64,000 nt of DNA from Guillardia theta CCMP2712 (lineage: Eukaryota; Protista; Cryptophyta). The stretch covers positions 94,872-158,871 of the forward strand of contig NW_005434537.1 of NCBI RefSeq assembly GCF_000315625.1. The letters run 5' to 3'. Shown here piece after piece: positions 52,669 to 64,000 of the stretch. Each line of letters opens with the position of its first letter. The first letter of the stretch is position 1. The position numbers were made by a program, and so were the translations under genes. The notes below the pieces were generated by a model that saw only the letters and a program-made list of their open reading frames with translations, was not told the DNA's origin and ran no database searches.

Positions 52669-55450
52669 ATGCGGTGGGAATGCAACTGGTTGGGGTTGAC
52701 TGTCCTCGTATGTTTATGTAGGGGATGCCTGGGTGGACACCAGTTTTCAAGGTTCTGTAGTGCATCCGATGCTTCGTGTTTCGGCTGCATCGCAAATTCC
52801 TTCGAAAATCAGGAGTACATATCCGATGTCACCGGTGTGATATACTTCTGTGAGTGCAATTCCGGTGCATACTTCGATTCTTCGTCCGGTGTGGCCTGCC
52901 GGGTGTGTAGCTGCCCGCCGAATATGTATGCAAGCACTCCTTGCCAGGATGCGGCTGCGCCTGTGTGCAGCGACTGCACTAGCTGCTTCCCTGGGTTCTA
53001 CGCTTCGTCTCAATGTTCGTACTCGTCCAATACAGGCTGCACGGCGTGTAAGGATTGTGCACCGGAGAATTATCTGTCGGGTGGGTGCACAGGACCAGAC
53101 GATTCGGCATGTACCGCGTTTAGGAAGTGTGGCGCGAATGAATACGAGACAAACGGTTGTAACGAGCAGCTGAAAGATCGTGAGTGTGCCACCTGTCCAG
53201 GTTGTCCGATCCCGGGCCAGTTCAGGGTGAATTGTGGGGGTAAGTACTCCGGCGACTGCACCTATTGCACGCAGCGGTGCATTTCCATCACCACGGTGAA
53301 CAGGTATACCCCCGACTGTCAGTCTACGACTTGCAGGCAGGCAGAGCCGTACTGCTCCTTACAGTCAGAGTATGTGTTCTTGACTGCATTCTCTAACTTC
53401 GACCGGGAGTGCCTCGGCATGGACAGTTACATGCAACAATACAATTACATAGAGCAGGACACCCTCATCATGAACTGGGTGGAGGATATCCAGTGCATGC
53501 TTCCTTTCATCTCGAGCTGCGTAAGGCAGAGGGTGGAGGATCGCGTGATGGTCGTGAACGGCATGACGTTCTCGAGGTGCAGCTGTAAGGCTGGGTACCG
53601 TGTGCAGATGTACAGCGTCGATGAGGTCGACCTGGCTTGTTTGAAGAGCGAGTTCCCGCCCGTGGTCACCGAGATAGATGGTCAGGATGTCTCTGTGATC
53701 CCCTATTACTTTTGTAAGCGATGCCCTCCCATGACTTATTCCGAGGCGAGTGACATCGGGTGCAAGACCTGTCCCCTCGGGAGCAGCCCCAACGCAGACC
53801 AGACCTCTTGCGAGCCGTGCGCCCTTGGGACCATCAACGTGTGGAGCATCGAGATGAACGCATACGTGTGCCTGCCATGCGAGCCGGGCACCTACCAGAA
53901 TGAGCGCAACCAATATCAGTGCAAGCCGTGTGGTTGGGATCAATATTCGGGATACGGTGAGACGAGCTGTCACTTCTGCCTGGGACCGGCGAATCATACA
54001 AGCGACCACGTTAAATGTGCCCTAGTCTGCCAGGGTCGTTGCGAGTATTGGAATTCTACCACACAGAGCACCGATTATGTGGGACTGTCAGGCAGGACCC
54101 GCGTCTGTCCGGATCTGAGTCCCTCCAGCACTTGCGTTGCTTGTGATTCTGTGGCCTGTGCCACGGATAGCCTCCGAGTGTTCGACGCTGCGTCGTATAC
54201 AGACAAGAACATGAACTGCTCTATGTGCTCGGGTGTGTTCCTCTCTGCCGACTACGACTGCGAGGAGGGTGTGTTTATCATGGATACCGCCACCTCCTTG
54301 TACGGCTGCAGGCCTTGCCAGGCTCTCCCCTTCCAGATGTGCCCGCTTGAGTTTGTGCAGAGGTATAACTTCCACGGTGCCATGGTGAGGTTTACGAGGG
54401 TGGGCTGCACCACTTTCGTCCGGGGGGTACCCGACAATGTGCCCAATTACGGTAGGTGTGTCGATTGCAAGATGGCATTGTCGCAGCTTCCAAATTCCTC
54501 CTCTCCCGCATGCGGACTCTCGGAATACATGGATGGGTGCGGTTGCCAGAATCCCTCCGCGCTGAACGATTCCGACTGTGTTGTGAGCCCGTCCTGCGCA
54601 CCTTGCTTCGCCAACCCCCCTTCCAATGCGGTCGTGAGCTTCAACGACATGGACGTGAGCTGCCAGCTGGACTGCCTGCCTGGTTACACGGGTATATCCG
54701 TCAACGATGTCTGTGTGGATACCTGCATTCTCGTGAGCTGTGACGGCACCTCGGTTGCAATCCCCTGCCTCCCGCCGTTGTTGCAGAGGTGTGAGAGGTG
54801 TGTCAACGTCTACAACCGGCAGGACAGTCTGTACCGGCTCGGGACTTATGACCACGGCATGAATTTCATCGATCGGAGATACGGGCAGCGCATGGCGAGT
54901 TTCGAGAATCTGATGATCATGGATGTTACCCGGGTGGACAATCGACTCTGTGTCAGGGGGAATAAGTATGTGGATGAGCTTACAGGTGAGGGGGCGAGCT
55001 CTTATTCTGATCAGGATGGCTTCAAGTTTCCCGTGCAGTGCTTCTGGGACGAGACTGATGACACTCACAAACTAGCCTATCGTGATTCACTGCCGAGCAT
55101 GCAGCTCGAGAACAAGTTCGCACCCAAGGGCAGCCCGCAGTGGTACTCCGACAGCATCACCTATGCCGAGATCCACAACCCGAAGGTTTCTGGGCTGGGT
55201 GAGACCTACATCCGGATGAAGCTCTTCAGCAATCCCAAGACGCTGCACTTGCCCGACCTAAAGGTGTATCCCACCGTGACGCTGGAGCGGTCGTGTGGGC
55301 TAGATCAGATGCAGCTCTGCGCCTTCAGCAGCACCTATGTGGATCCAACCAACTCCAATGTCTCTGACCTTTTCGATGGCGACCCTTCCACGGGCTATAG
55401 GACGATAAATGTTGCCTTGCAAGACACCCTGCTGTTTGACCTTGGGGCGG
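52669..55450 (+). CDS. Cys-rich (TNFR/furin-repeat-like) surface protein, truncated within a discoidin-like domain
   Basis: Signal peptide; many CxxCxxG repeats; DLFDGDPSTG...LLFDLG (F5/8C-like), then an abrupt junction with a gypsy LTR. Confidence 0.75.
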
Positions 55451-58400
55451 CGAGGGGTAGGCAGGGGAAAGGGGGAAAGTAGAAACACGGTCACCACAAA
55501 TCCGCAAGATAACACTGCACCAACACTTCACTGGGAGACGTGTTACACCCCGAAGCTTTACGGGTTGCACACTAGCCAAGCGAATGCTCAAAGAACCTCC
55601 GCTGGATCACACAGATGGTGCTAGACAGTATTATCAAGCTTTATTGCAGCAACCACACCAACACAGGGAAATGCGTGGTACACAGAGGGAGGGAAGACAG
55701 ACCACCTAGAGATGAAGATCTTGATCCTTTTATAGCCCTGTGGGAGTCCCAGGGGTAGTGGTCCCCGCTTGCACGAGTCTTCCTGCCTCGTGCCGTCGCT
55801 ATGGCCCCTTTGGTCCATGCGCTGCTCCTGTTCTTGTTTCTACCAGAAAGGAGAGCTCCACCGGTGCTTGATAGGGAAACCGTCCCGGAGGGGTCCGACT
55901 TCTGAACCAAAGTAGCCGTTAGAGAATCACTGTCTTTCGTCTGGATAGTTGTAGAGGCTATCCTTGTGTGCTGTCCACATTTCGAGTGTTGACCACTCCT
56001 GTGTTGGGCTCGCTATCCTATGAGCTCTGATACGCTCTTTCTGCGCTTTCTTGGAGTGCTCAGGACTCAGAAAACTTCGCTTTCTTTGCTCTGATACGCT
56101 CCCGCAAACTCGCACCTAGACCAGAGTCAAAGAGCGGTCAAAGGCGGCGTGAACGCCGTCCCTGAGCAGAGGAAGGTACCGGACGTCGCTCACGCTGTTT
56201 GGCCCTGTCGTAGCGTTGAACCAAATTGCGAAGCGCTCGAGTGCGAACGAGATGTTCCACTGGTTCCCAGGTGTCATCAGCAGAGGAGAAACCTTTCCAG
56301 CGAACGAGATACTCCTTGCGTCCGCGCTGCGTTCGATCAGCGAGTAGGCGCTCCACTTCATAGAAGTCCGGGAGAGGCTGGGGAGGCGGAGCGGAGTCCA
56401 GCTGGGGCTGTCGTTGAATGTGAGGACGAAGAAACTTGGCGTTGAAGACGTCGATGGTCATCCTGGGGAAACGTTGCAGCACGTTGATTCTGTAGTTGTT
56501 GTTGGATAAGACTTCAGTGATCACAAAGGGTCCCAGAAACTTTTCACGAAACTTGCGCACTTCAAAGGTTTGATTGAAGAGTCTTGCATCCAGCCACACC
56601 TGATCACCAACGTGCCAGTTGAGAACTCTGCGCGTCTGAAGTAAAGCAGCTTCGGTGCGATTGGCCATTGCTGCGAGCTTGTCGCGCACGACATTCTCAT
56701 TCACCTGGATGAGATCAAGTGTAGATCGCACCTCAGGAATCACCGGACTGAGCGTCAAGTCCATGGCGGAGCGAGGATTGCGACCGTACTCCACTTGAAA
56801 GGCCGAGAGACCCGTTTCCTTGCGAGGCGCATGGTTGAGGGCAAACTCGAGAAAAGGAAGATGAGAGCTCCAATCGTCACGAGCGGCGGTCAGGCGCGTC
56901 CTGAGCATGTCGAGGATGGTAGCGTTTGCGCGTTCCACCCGGCCATTGCTCTGAGGGTGATACTTGGATGAGTGGCGGACCTGTACACCCAGAGTCTCAA
57001 ACAACGCATCCCAGAAGCGGGAAGACAAATTTGAGCCGTTGTCGGAGATGATCGCCTTGGGCAGACCCCGCGTTCTGTAGAAGTAATGCATGAAAAGCTT
57101 GACCAAGTCCTGCGTCGTTGCGTCCTTGGTCGTCGGAGCCAAGGTAACATGCTGCGAGAAGGAGTCAACCATGACGAAGATGGCGTCATAGCCTTCAGAG
57201 GTAATGGGAAGTCCGCTGAGAATGTCAACGGAGAGTACGTCGAATTTGTCAGCCGGAACGTCATGGCTCTTTGGAAGCCCCACAGGCCTCTGCTTGTATG
57301 CCTTGGCGGCTTGGCAGGTCAGACAAGAATGCACATAATTCTCAACATCACGCTTCATGTTGGACCAATATACCTTGGTGGCCAGGTCGAGATATGTCTT
57401 GTCAGAGCCGAGGTGACCCGCTTCGTCATGGCCCATGCGGAGTATGGCTGGCCGCATGGCGATGGGGATGCAGATGCGACGACGACCCAAGGAGTCTTGA
57501 TGGAAGAGCAGTTCGTCTTGGTAGATGAACGACTTGCATCCTGGTTGTCCTACCAGCTCGCCGTCACGTCCTAGTTGAAAGAGGATCTGGAAGTCCGGGC
57601 AGGTCGCATAGTGATGGAGGAGCTGTTGAGAGAAGTTGGCATTGGTCAGGATCTGGATGTGATGCAAACCCACGAGGAGATCTCTGGCCATGTCGTCAAT
57701 GCGCGTCTCGCGAGCTGCAGCGGATGCCGGATCGGGCGAGGAGTCGACCACACGGCTGAGCGCATCGGCAACAGAATTCTGTTCCCCTGGGATGTGCTCG
57801 ATTTCCATATCGTACTGCAGGAAGATAGACAGCCATCTGGCAAGGCGAGGGGATAGCTCAGGCTGAGTCGTCAGGCGAATCAAGCTATGATGATCGGTTT
57901 TGACTTTGAAGCGGCGTCCGATGAGGTAGTAGGAGAAGTGCTTCAAACTCTCCTTGAGAGCCAAGAGCTCGCGTTCATAGGTCGAATAGTTGCGTTCAGC
58001 GGAAGACAGCTTCTTGCTATAGTAGGCGATTGGATGCTCATTGCCATGTCGATCGCGTTGATGTAGAGTTGCGCCAATGGCTAGGTCACTAGCATCGGTG
58101 TACAGGATGGTCGCACGATCCTGCTGAAAGTGCCACAAGACTGGAGTAGTGGCCAATGCCTGTTTCAAGGCATCAAAGGCGATCTGAGCAGATTTGGTCC
58201 ACACGAAACGGCGCTGACTGTTCTGTAAGAGATCTGACAGCGTAGAGGATAGGCGCGCATAGTTGCTGACGAATTTGCGATAGAAGTTTGCCATCCCAAG
58301 GAATGTACGCAGTTGTTTGACGGAAGCCGGCGTCGGATATTGTTGAATGGCCTGGACCTTGTTAGGCTCCGTGGCGATGCCAGCTTGGGTGATGGTATAC

Positions 58401-59040
58401 CCCAAGAAATCAAGCTGCTGTTGCATGAATAAGCACTTGCTACGTTTGACATAAACTCTGTGCTCACGGAAGCGCTGCAGGACGCGGCGAATATCCTCGA
58501 GATGCGCTTCTTGCGTGCCCGCTGTACAGAGGAGCACATCATCAACGTACACAAGCGCGTTGGGGATATCAGCCAGTATACCTTGCGTAAACTTTTGGAA
58601 GGCGGCCGTCGCTGTTTTCAGACCGAACGGAAGCGCTTTGAATTTGTAAGCCCCTTGCTCAGTCACAAATCCTGTGTACTGACTGCTCTGAGGTGTGAGC
58701 TTCAGTTGCCAAAACCCGCTAGCTAAGTCGACTTTGCTCAACCATAGCGGAGTACCTGGCGGGTTTGCTGCCAGTTGGCGCCCCACACGCTCCATGAGTT
58801 CTGTGGGAATGGGAGGGGGAAAATTGTCATCGATGAGTTGTGCATTAACTTGCCGATAGTCCACACAGAAGCGCCAGATGGGCTCACCATTAGGCGAGGT
58901 GCCTTTGCGGACGAAGATAACCGGACTCTGGTAAAGAGCATTGTCGTCCCGTTCAATGAGGTCGCGCTCCAGCAGGAAGCGAAGTGTGTTTCCCATCGGA
59001 GTTTGAAGCGCCGAGGGAAGACGATATGGACGAAGACGTA
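55451..59040 (-). mobile_element. Second Ty3/gypsy chromovirus, truncated at both ends
   Basis: RT-RH-IN-chromo ORF. The 3' LTR begins near 56032 (TATCAGAG on the minus strand) with TATAAAA and AATAAA, and its outer end is not recognisable. Gag and PR are replaced by satellite. Confidence 0.88.
56138..59040 (-). CDS. pol: Gypsy Pol fragment (RT, RNase H, integrase, chromodomain)
   Basis: RPYRLP, YVDD, TDAS, SDNG, YLVRWKGF; clearly homologous to 35450..40498. Confidence 0.93.
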
Positions 59041-60707
59041 TCGCAGATCCAAAAACCCATAGGACATTTCTCCCAGGGGGAAGAAAACCTCCCTTGACCC
59101 CCCTGTTTCTCGACGGATCCTGCCGGCCGGGCCCGTCAGTAGACCGACTGCAGCCTTCAGCCCCGCCTCAGACCCCCTGGAGGCCCGCCAGGAGGCTAAG
59201 TGTCCGGAGATCCAAAAACCCATAGGACATTTCTCCCAGGGGGAAGAAAACCTCCCTTGACCCCCCTGTTTCTCGACGGATCCTGCCGGCCGGGCCCGTC
59301 AGTAGACCGACTGCAGCCTTCAGCCCCGCCTCAGACCCCCTGGAGGCCCGCCAGGAGGCTAAGTGTCCGGAGATTGGCCGGGGGCCTGATCTCTCCGGGC
59401 GGCCGTGACCGGTCAGCGGACCGTGTCAGCAGGCCCGTGACATGTCAGCCGGCTGACAGGGGCCGTGACCCGGCTGACAGGCTCACCTGACCGGTCACGT
59501 GACACATCACGTGACCGAGATCCAAAAACCCATAGGACATTTCTCCCAGGGGGAAGAAAACCTCCCTTGACCCCCCTGTTTCTCGACGGATCCTGCCGGC
59601 CGGGCCCGTCCTGCCGGCCGGGCCCGTCAGTAGACCGACTGCAGCCTTCAGCCCCGCCTCAGACCCCCTGGAGGCCCGCCAGGAGGCTAAGTGTCCGGAG
59701 ATTGGCCGGGGGCCTGATCTCTCCGGGCGGCCGTGACCGGTCAGCGGACCGTGTCAGCAGGCCCGTGACATGTCAGCCGGCTGACAGGGTCCGTGACCCG
59801 GCTGACAGGCTCACCTGACCGGTCACGTGACACATCACGTGACCGAGACAAGACTTTTTTATATCGCAGATCCAAAAACCCATAGGACATTTCTCCCAGG
59901 GGAAGAAAACCTCCCTTGACCCCCCTGTTTCTCGACGGATCCTGCCGGCCGGGCCCGTCAGTAGACCGACTGCAGCCTTCAGCCCCGCCTCAGACCCCCT
60001 GGAGGCCCGCCAGGAGGCTAAGTGTCCGGAGATTGGCCGGGGGCCTGATCTCTCCGGGCGGCCGTGACCGGTCAGCGGACCGTGTCAGCAGGCCCGTGAC
60101 ATGTCAGCCGGCTGACAGGGTCCGTGACCCGGCTGACAGGCTCACCTGACCGGTCACGTGACACATCACGTGACCGAGACAAGACTTTTTTATATCGCAG
60201 ATCCAAAAACCCATAGGACATTTCTCCCAGGGGGAAGAAAACCTCCCTTGACCCCCCTGTTTCTCGACGGATCCTGCCGGCCGGGCCCGTCAGTAGACCG
60301 ACTGCAGCCTTCAGCCCCGCCTCAGACCCCCTGGAGGCCCGCCAGGAGGCTAAGTGTCCGGAGATTGGCCGGGGGCATGATCTCTCCGGGCGGCCGTGAC
60401 CGGTCAGCGGACCGTGTCAGCAGGCCCGTGACATGTCAGCCGGCTGACAGGGGCCGTGACCCGGCTGACAGGCTCACCTGACCGGTCACGTGACACATCA
60501 CGTGACCGAGACAAGACTTTTTTATATCGCAGATCCAAAAACCCATAGGACATTTCTCCCAGGGGGAAGAAAACCTCCCTTGACCCCCCTGTTTCTCGAC
60601 GGATCCTGCCGGCCGGGCCCGTCAGTAGACCGACTGCAGCCTTCAGCCCCGCCTCAGACCCCCTGGAGGCCCGCCAGGAGGCTAAGTGTCCGGAGATTGG
60701 CCGGGGG
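59039..60707 (-). repeat. GC-rich satellite block 4 (332-bp variant), inverted relative to blocks 1-3
   Basis: Reverse complement of the same unit. Confidence 0.95.
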
Positions 60708-61398
60708 TACTCCACTGCCCCGCTGCAGACAGCCGAAGGTTGCAGAAGGCAGAGCTCGTTGCAGATATAGTACGGGCCCAGTGTGAGGCTGTACTTGAGA
60801 GTGCATCGGTCGGCTCCATCCCCAAGCACCAACCCTGTGTTTCCAATCACCACCTGGCTGTCCTCGTGTATGAAATACAGGTCGGCATTGATCTGATTGC
60901 TATTGGGATGCAGCGGCATCAGTGGTGTGCGCACCATCTGGATGAGAGAATCCAGCCCCGTGAAGCAGAGGGCGAAGGAGATCCTTGCGGGCTGCAAGTT
61001 GCGGATGGCGGCGGTGATGCGCCTGCAGACGTTGCGCTGCACGGAGAGGGTGTTGTTCTCGCCGTCAGGGCGGAAGTTGCCGTAGATCTGCACCCCGTTG
61101 GAGCACTGGTTCCACGGCCCGTTGTTTCTGCCGCGGTTGAGGGTGAGCATTGCCGTGGGGACTTGGGAGAGCGGGAGGTAGAGGATGACCTGCAGTTGGA
61201 GCTTCTCGCGCACGTACTGCCAGTTGCGCAGGAGGGCGATCTCGTAGAAGAAGGTGCCCGAGGTCATGCTCTGCAGGGTGTCGAGGTCGGAGAGCTCTGT
61301 CTCGTGTTGCATCTCACGGCGCATCCTCTGTACGTGAGCGCGGATGGGCTCCCTGCAGGAGAGCGGGAGGCAGTGCTGCGAGAGCGGCCGACCTTGAG
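60708..61398 (-). pseudogene. Internal fragment of a homologue of the RING protein at 14457-15800
   Basis: RPLSQHCLP...VQRMRREM...SDL...LRNWQYVREKLQLQVILY aligns with RKLSVSCLP...VRKIRNEI...SDL...LQNWDIINEHMQLYVTLH. Confidence 0.75.
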
Positions 61399-61401
61399 CG
61401 G

Positions 61402-61686
61402 ATGAAGAAGGAGAACGACGAGCAATTGAAGAAGCTCTCGCCCGCGCGCGCAAATCGCAGGTCGCATATGGAAACCGAGATCGTGAAGCCTTATCCCAGG
61501 CCTACAGGAATGCAAGAGCAGAGCGATGACAAGAAGATTGAGCGGCTCCTTGCCGACCTCCAGCGCTTGAAGAGGAAGCACGATGCGCAGATGCAGGCTT
61601 CAGCGGCAAAGCCCATCGCAACCCCGTTTGTGAGCCGCTCCACGCGCCTCTCGACCGATGCCTACCGCAGCATGGTGCGTGCCTAG
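61402..61686 (+). CDS. Small coiled-coil hypothetical protein or C-terminal gene fragment
   Basis: 94-aa ORF starting right at the junction near 61400. Confidence 0.4.
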   Translation: MKKENDEQLKKLSPARANRRSHMETEIVKPYPRPTGMQEQSDDKKIERLLADLQRLKRKHDAQMQASAAKPIATPFVSRSTRLSTDAYRSMVRA

Positions 61687-61745
61687 GGTAGTTTTTTAAC
61701 GGTGTATTTAATGAAAAAGCACAAACATCGAGCTAGTCTCGCGGG

Positions 61746-62051
61746 ATGAGGACGGTGCAGCTCCTCTTCTACAAGGCACAGCCGGACGACCCGCTGTTGA
61801 ACCGCCTCGTATCCTGGTTCGACCCTCCCTACGTCCACGTCGAGATCCGCTTCGAGGACGGGATGGCGAGCTCGATCTTCGCGGGAGAGACGGTCTTCTT
61901 CCGGCAGCGCACGTTTGCCAACAAGCACCGCCTGTGTGTGGCACTGAGCCGTGCAAGGGAGAGGCTGGTCATCATCGGCAACGGAAACACGCTGCGCACC
62001 ATCCCGGCGCTGCAATACGTGCAATCGATCGCGCTCGCAAGGTGTGTGTGA
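61746..62051 (+). pseudogene. Chimeric ORF: permuted papain-like N-terminus fused to an SF1 (Upf1-like) helicase C-terminus
   Basis: LVSWFDPPYVHVEIRF followed by HRLCVALSRARERLVIIGN (helicase motif VI). Confidence 0.65.
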
Positions 62052-62140
62052 TTTGATCGTGCGAAACCCTCCTGCAAATAAAGAGATACAGTCCCACCCT
62101 TTATTTAACCACCCGCATCGCATTCTCTGCGAAAAAAAAG

Positions 62141-62442
62141 ATGAGCAGGGATGCCTGCATGGCCGAGAGCGACCATGACAAGGATCGACCCTACCGCATC
62201 ATAGCAAAGGAGAGGAACAACGGTTACTTCGAGAGATGCATCGTAAACTGCACACCGGAGATTGCATTCGGCCCAGAAATGCAGTCCTACATCGAGAACC
62301 AGATCAACATGCCACGAAAGCAATGGATCTACGAGGTCATCGAGAACGAAAGGGAGCAGCAGAATGTGCTGCTCGACACCCCAGACATGGTCTTTCTTCC
62401 TGACACACACGCCCTCAACGACGGGAAGACCATAAACTGGCT
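62141..62442 (+). pseudogene. DcpS (scavenger decapping enzyme)-like N-terminal fragment
   Basis: QWIYEVIE..REQQNVLL....VFLPD resembles DcpS QWVYNILD..AE..RI.....FVLIPD; cut by satellite before any HIT motif. Confidence 0.6.
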
Positions 62443-63811
62443 TTTCTCCCAGGGGGAAGAAAACCTCCCTTGACCCCCCTGTTTCTCGACGGATCCTGCC
62501 GGCCGGGCCGGTCAGTAGACCGACTGCAGCCTTCAGCCCCGCCTCAGACCCCCTGGAGGCCCGCCAGGAGGCTAAGTGTCCGGAGATTGGCCGGGGGCCT
62601 GATCTCTCCGGGCGGCCGTGACCGGTCAGCGGACCGTGTCAGCAGGCCCGTGACATGTCAGCCGGCTGACAGGGGCCGTGACCCGGCTGACAGGCTCACC
62701 TGACCGGTCACGTGACACATCACGTGACCGAGACAAGACTTTTTTATATCGCAGATCCAAAAACCCATAGAACATTTATTCCTGGGGGAAGAAAACCTCC
62801 CTTGACCCCCCTGTTTCTTGACGGATCTGCCGGCCGGGCCGGTCAGTAGACAAGGACAGCCTTCAGTCCCGCCTCAGACCCCCAGGAGGCCCGCCAGGAG
62901 GCTAAGTGTCCGGAGATTGGCCGGGGGCCTGATCTTTCCGGGCGGCCGTGTCCGGTAAACGGACGGTGTCTCCAGGCCGATAACATGTCAGCAGGATGAC
63001 AGGGTCCGTAACCCGGCGGACAGGATCACATGACCGGTCACATGACACATCACGTGACCGAGACAAGACTTTTTTATATCGCAGATCCAAAAACCCATAG
63101 GACATTTCTCCCAGGGGAAGAAAACCTCCCTTGACCCCCCTGTTTCTCGACGGATCCTGCCGGCCGGGCCCGTCAGTAGACCGACTGCAGCTTCAGCCCG
63201 CTCAGACCCCTGGAGGCCCGCCAGGAGGCTAAGTGTCCGGAGATTGGCCGGGGGCCCGATCTCTCCGGGCGGCCGTGACCGGTCAGCGGACCGTGTCAGC
63301 AGGCCCGTGACATGTCAGCCGGCTGACAGGGTCCGTGACCCGGCTGACAGGCTCACCTGACCGGTCACGTGACACATCACGTGACCGAGACAAGACTTTT
63401 TTATATCGCAGATCCAAAAACCCATAGGACATTTCTCCCAGGGGGAAGAAAACCTCCCTTGACCCCCCTGTTTCTCGACGGATCCTGCCGGCCGGGCCGG
63501 TCAGTAGACCGACTGCAGCCTTCAGCCCCGCCTCAGACCCCCTGGAGGCCCGCCAGGAGGCTAAGTGTCCGGAGATTGGCCGGGGGCCTGATCTCTCCGG
63601 GCGGCCGTGACCGGTCAGCGGACCGTGTCAGCAGGCCCGTGACATGTCAGCCGGCTGACAGGGTCCGTGACCCGGCTGACAGGCTCACCTGACCGGTCAC
63701 GTGACACATCACGTGACCGAGACAAGACTTTTTTATATCGCAGATCCAAAAACCCATAGGACATTTCTCCCAGGGGGAAGAAAACCTCCCTTGACCCCCC
63801 TGTTTCTCGAC
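62443..63811 (-). repeat. GC-rich satellite block 5 (inverted orientation)
   Basis: Same unit; one noticeably diverged copy at about 62770-63060. Confidence 0.95.
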
Positions 63812-64000
63812 CATTCTGGGGTCTTTTGTGGAAGTTGTAGTCTGGAGGGTGGTGGGTGCGGAAATGGGGGTCATACGACGATTTTCAGCTATACCTGAAA
63901 TCTAATTAGTAATATTTCAGGTTCATGTCCAAATCCTGTTTATTAATGGCTTTTTAAATTTTTGGAGGATATGCATACTCGGGCGGGAGATTCGTTTTGG

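Larger units (their letters stand above)
45850..55450. mobile_element. Endogenous viral segment 2, mirusvirus-like, GC-rich
   Basis: Dense ORFs with the same YATTWAA-type upstream motifs as segment 1; FEN1-like nuclease, membrane proteins and a Cys-rich surface protein; both ends truncated. Confidence 0.65.

Noticed and set aside
62770-63215. Distinct satellite subfamily
   Set aside because: Clustered substitutions and homopolymer deletions could be low-quality consensus; this cannot be judged without reads.
23720-63811. Repeated ORFs such as MTHHVTETRLF... and MTRLTGSPDRS... in the satellite
   Set aside because: By-products of a GC-rich tandem repeat; frames change freely with indels between units.

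Overview
Eukaryotic (most likely protist) heterochromatin-like locus with three interleaved components. (1) Gene-dense endogenous DNA-virus segments at about 1-22.8 kb, 45.9-55.45 kb and 60.7-62.4 kb. They most resemble Mirusviricota (Duplodnaviria, herpesvirus relatives): a terminase ATPase exon ending at a GT donor, a heliorhodopsin plus two probable degenerate relatives, a TBP-like protein, DEDDy and FEN1/XPG-type nucleases, a RING protein, a DcpS-like fragment, Cys-rich surface proteins and at least one short spliceosomal intron. (2) A GC-rich 323/332-bp tandem satellite rich in palindromic TGAC/CACGTG motifs, in five blocks; the two right-hand blocks are inverted relative to the three left-hand ones. 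(3) Transposons: a TIR element and a full Ty1/copia element inserted in the satellite, a chromodomain Ty3/gypsy element nested in the copia, a second truncated gypsy, and a TRIM-like element splitting a viral gene. The viral DNA is not one intact provirus but a patchwork. It contains two diverged homologues of the same RING gene, truncated and chimeric ORFs, a palindromic junction and templated-insertion scars, and one 1.7-kb patchwork of viral gene pieces sits directly between satellite units. The leading hypothesis is a satellite-associated (centromeric or heterochromatic) archive of captured fragments from more than one mirusvirus. All protein calls are by eye from motifs; no database searches were run.
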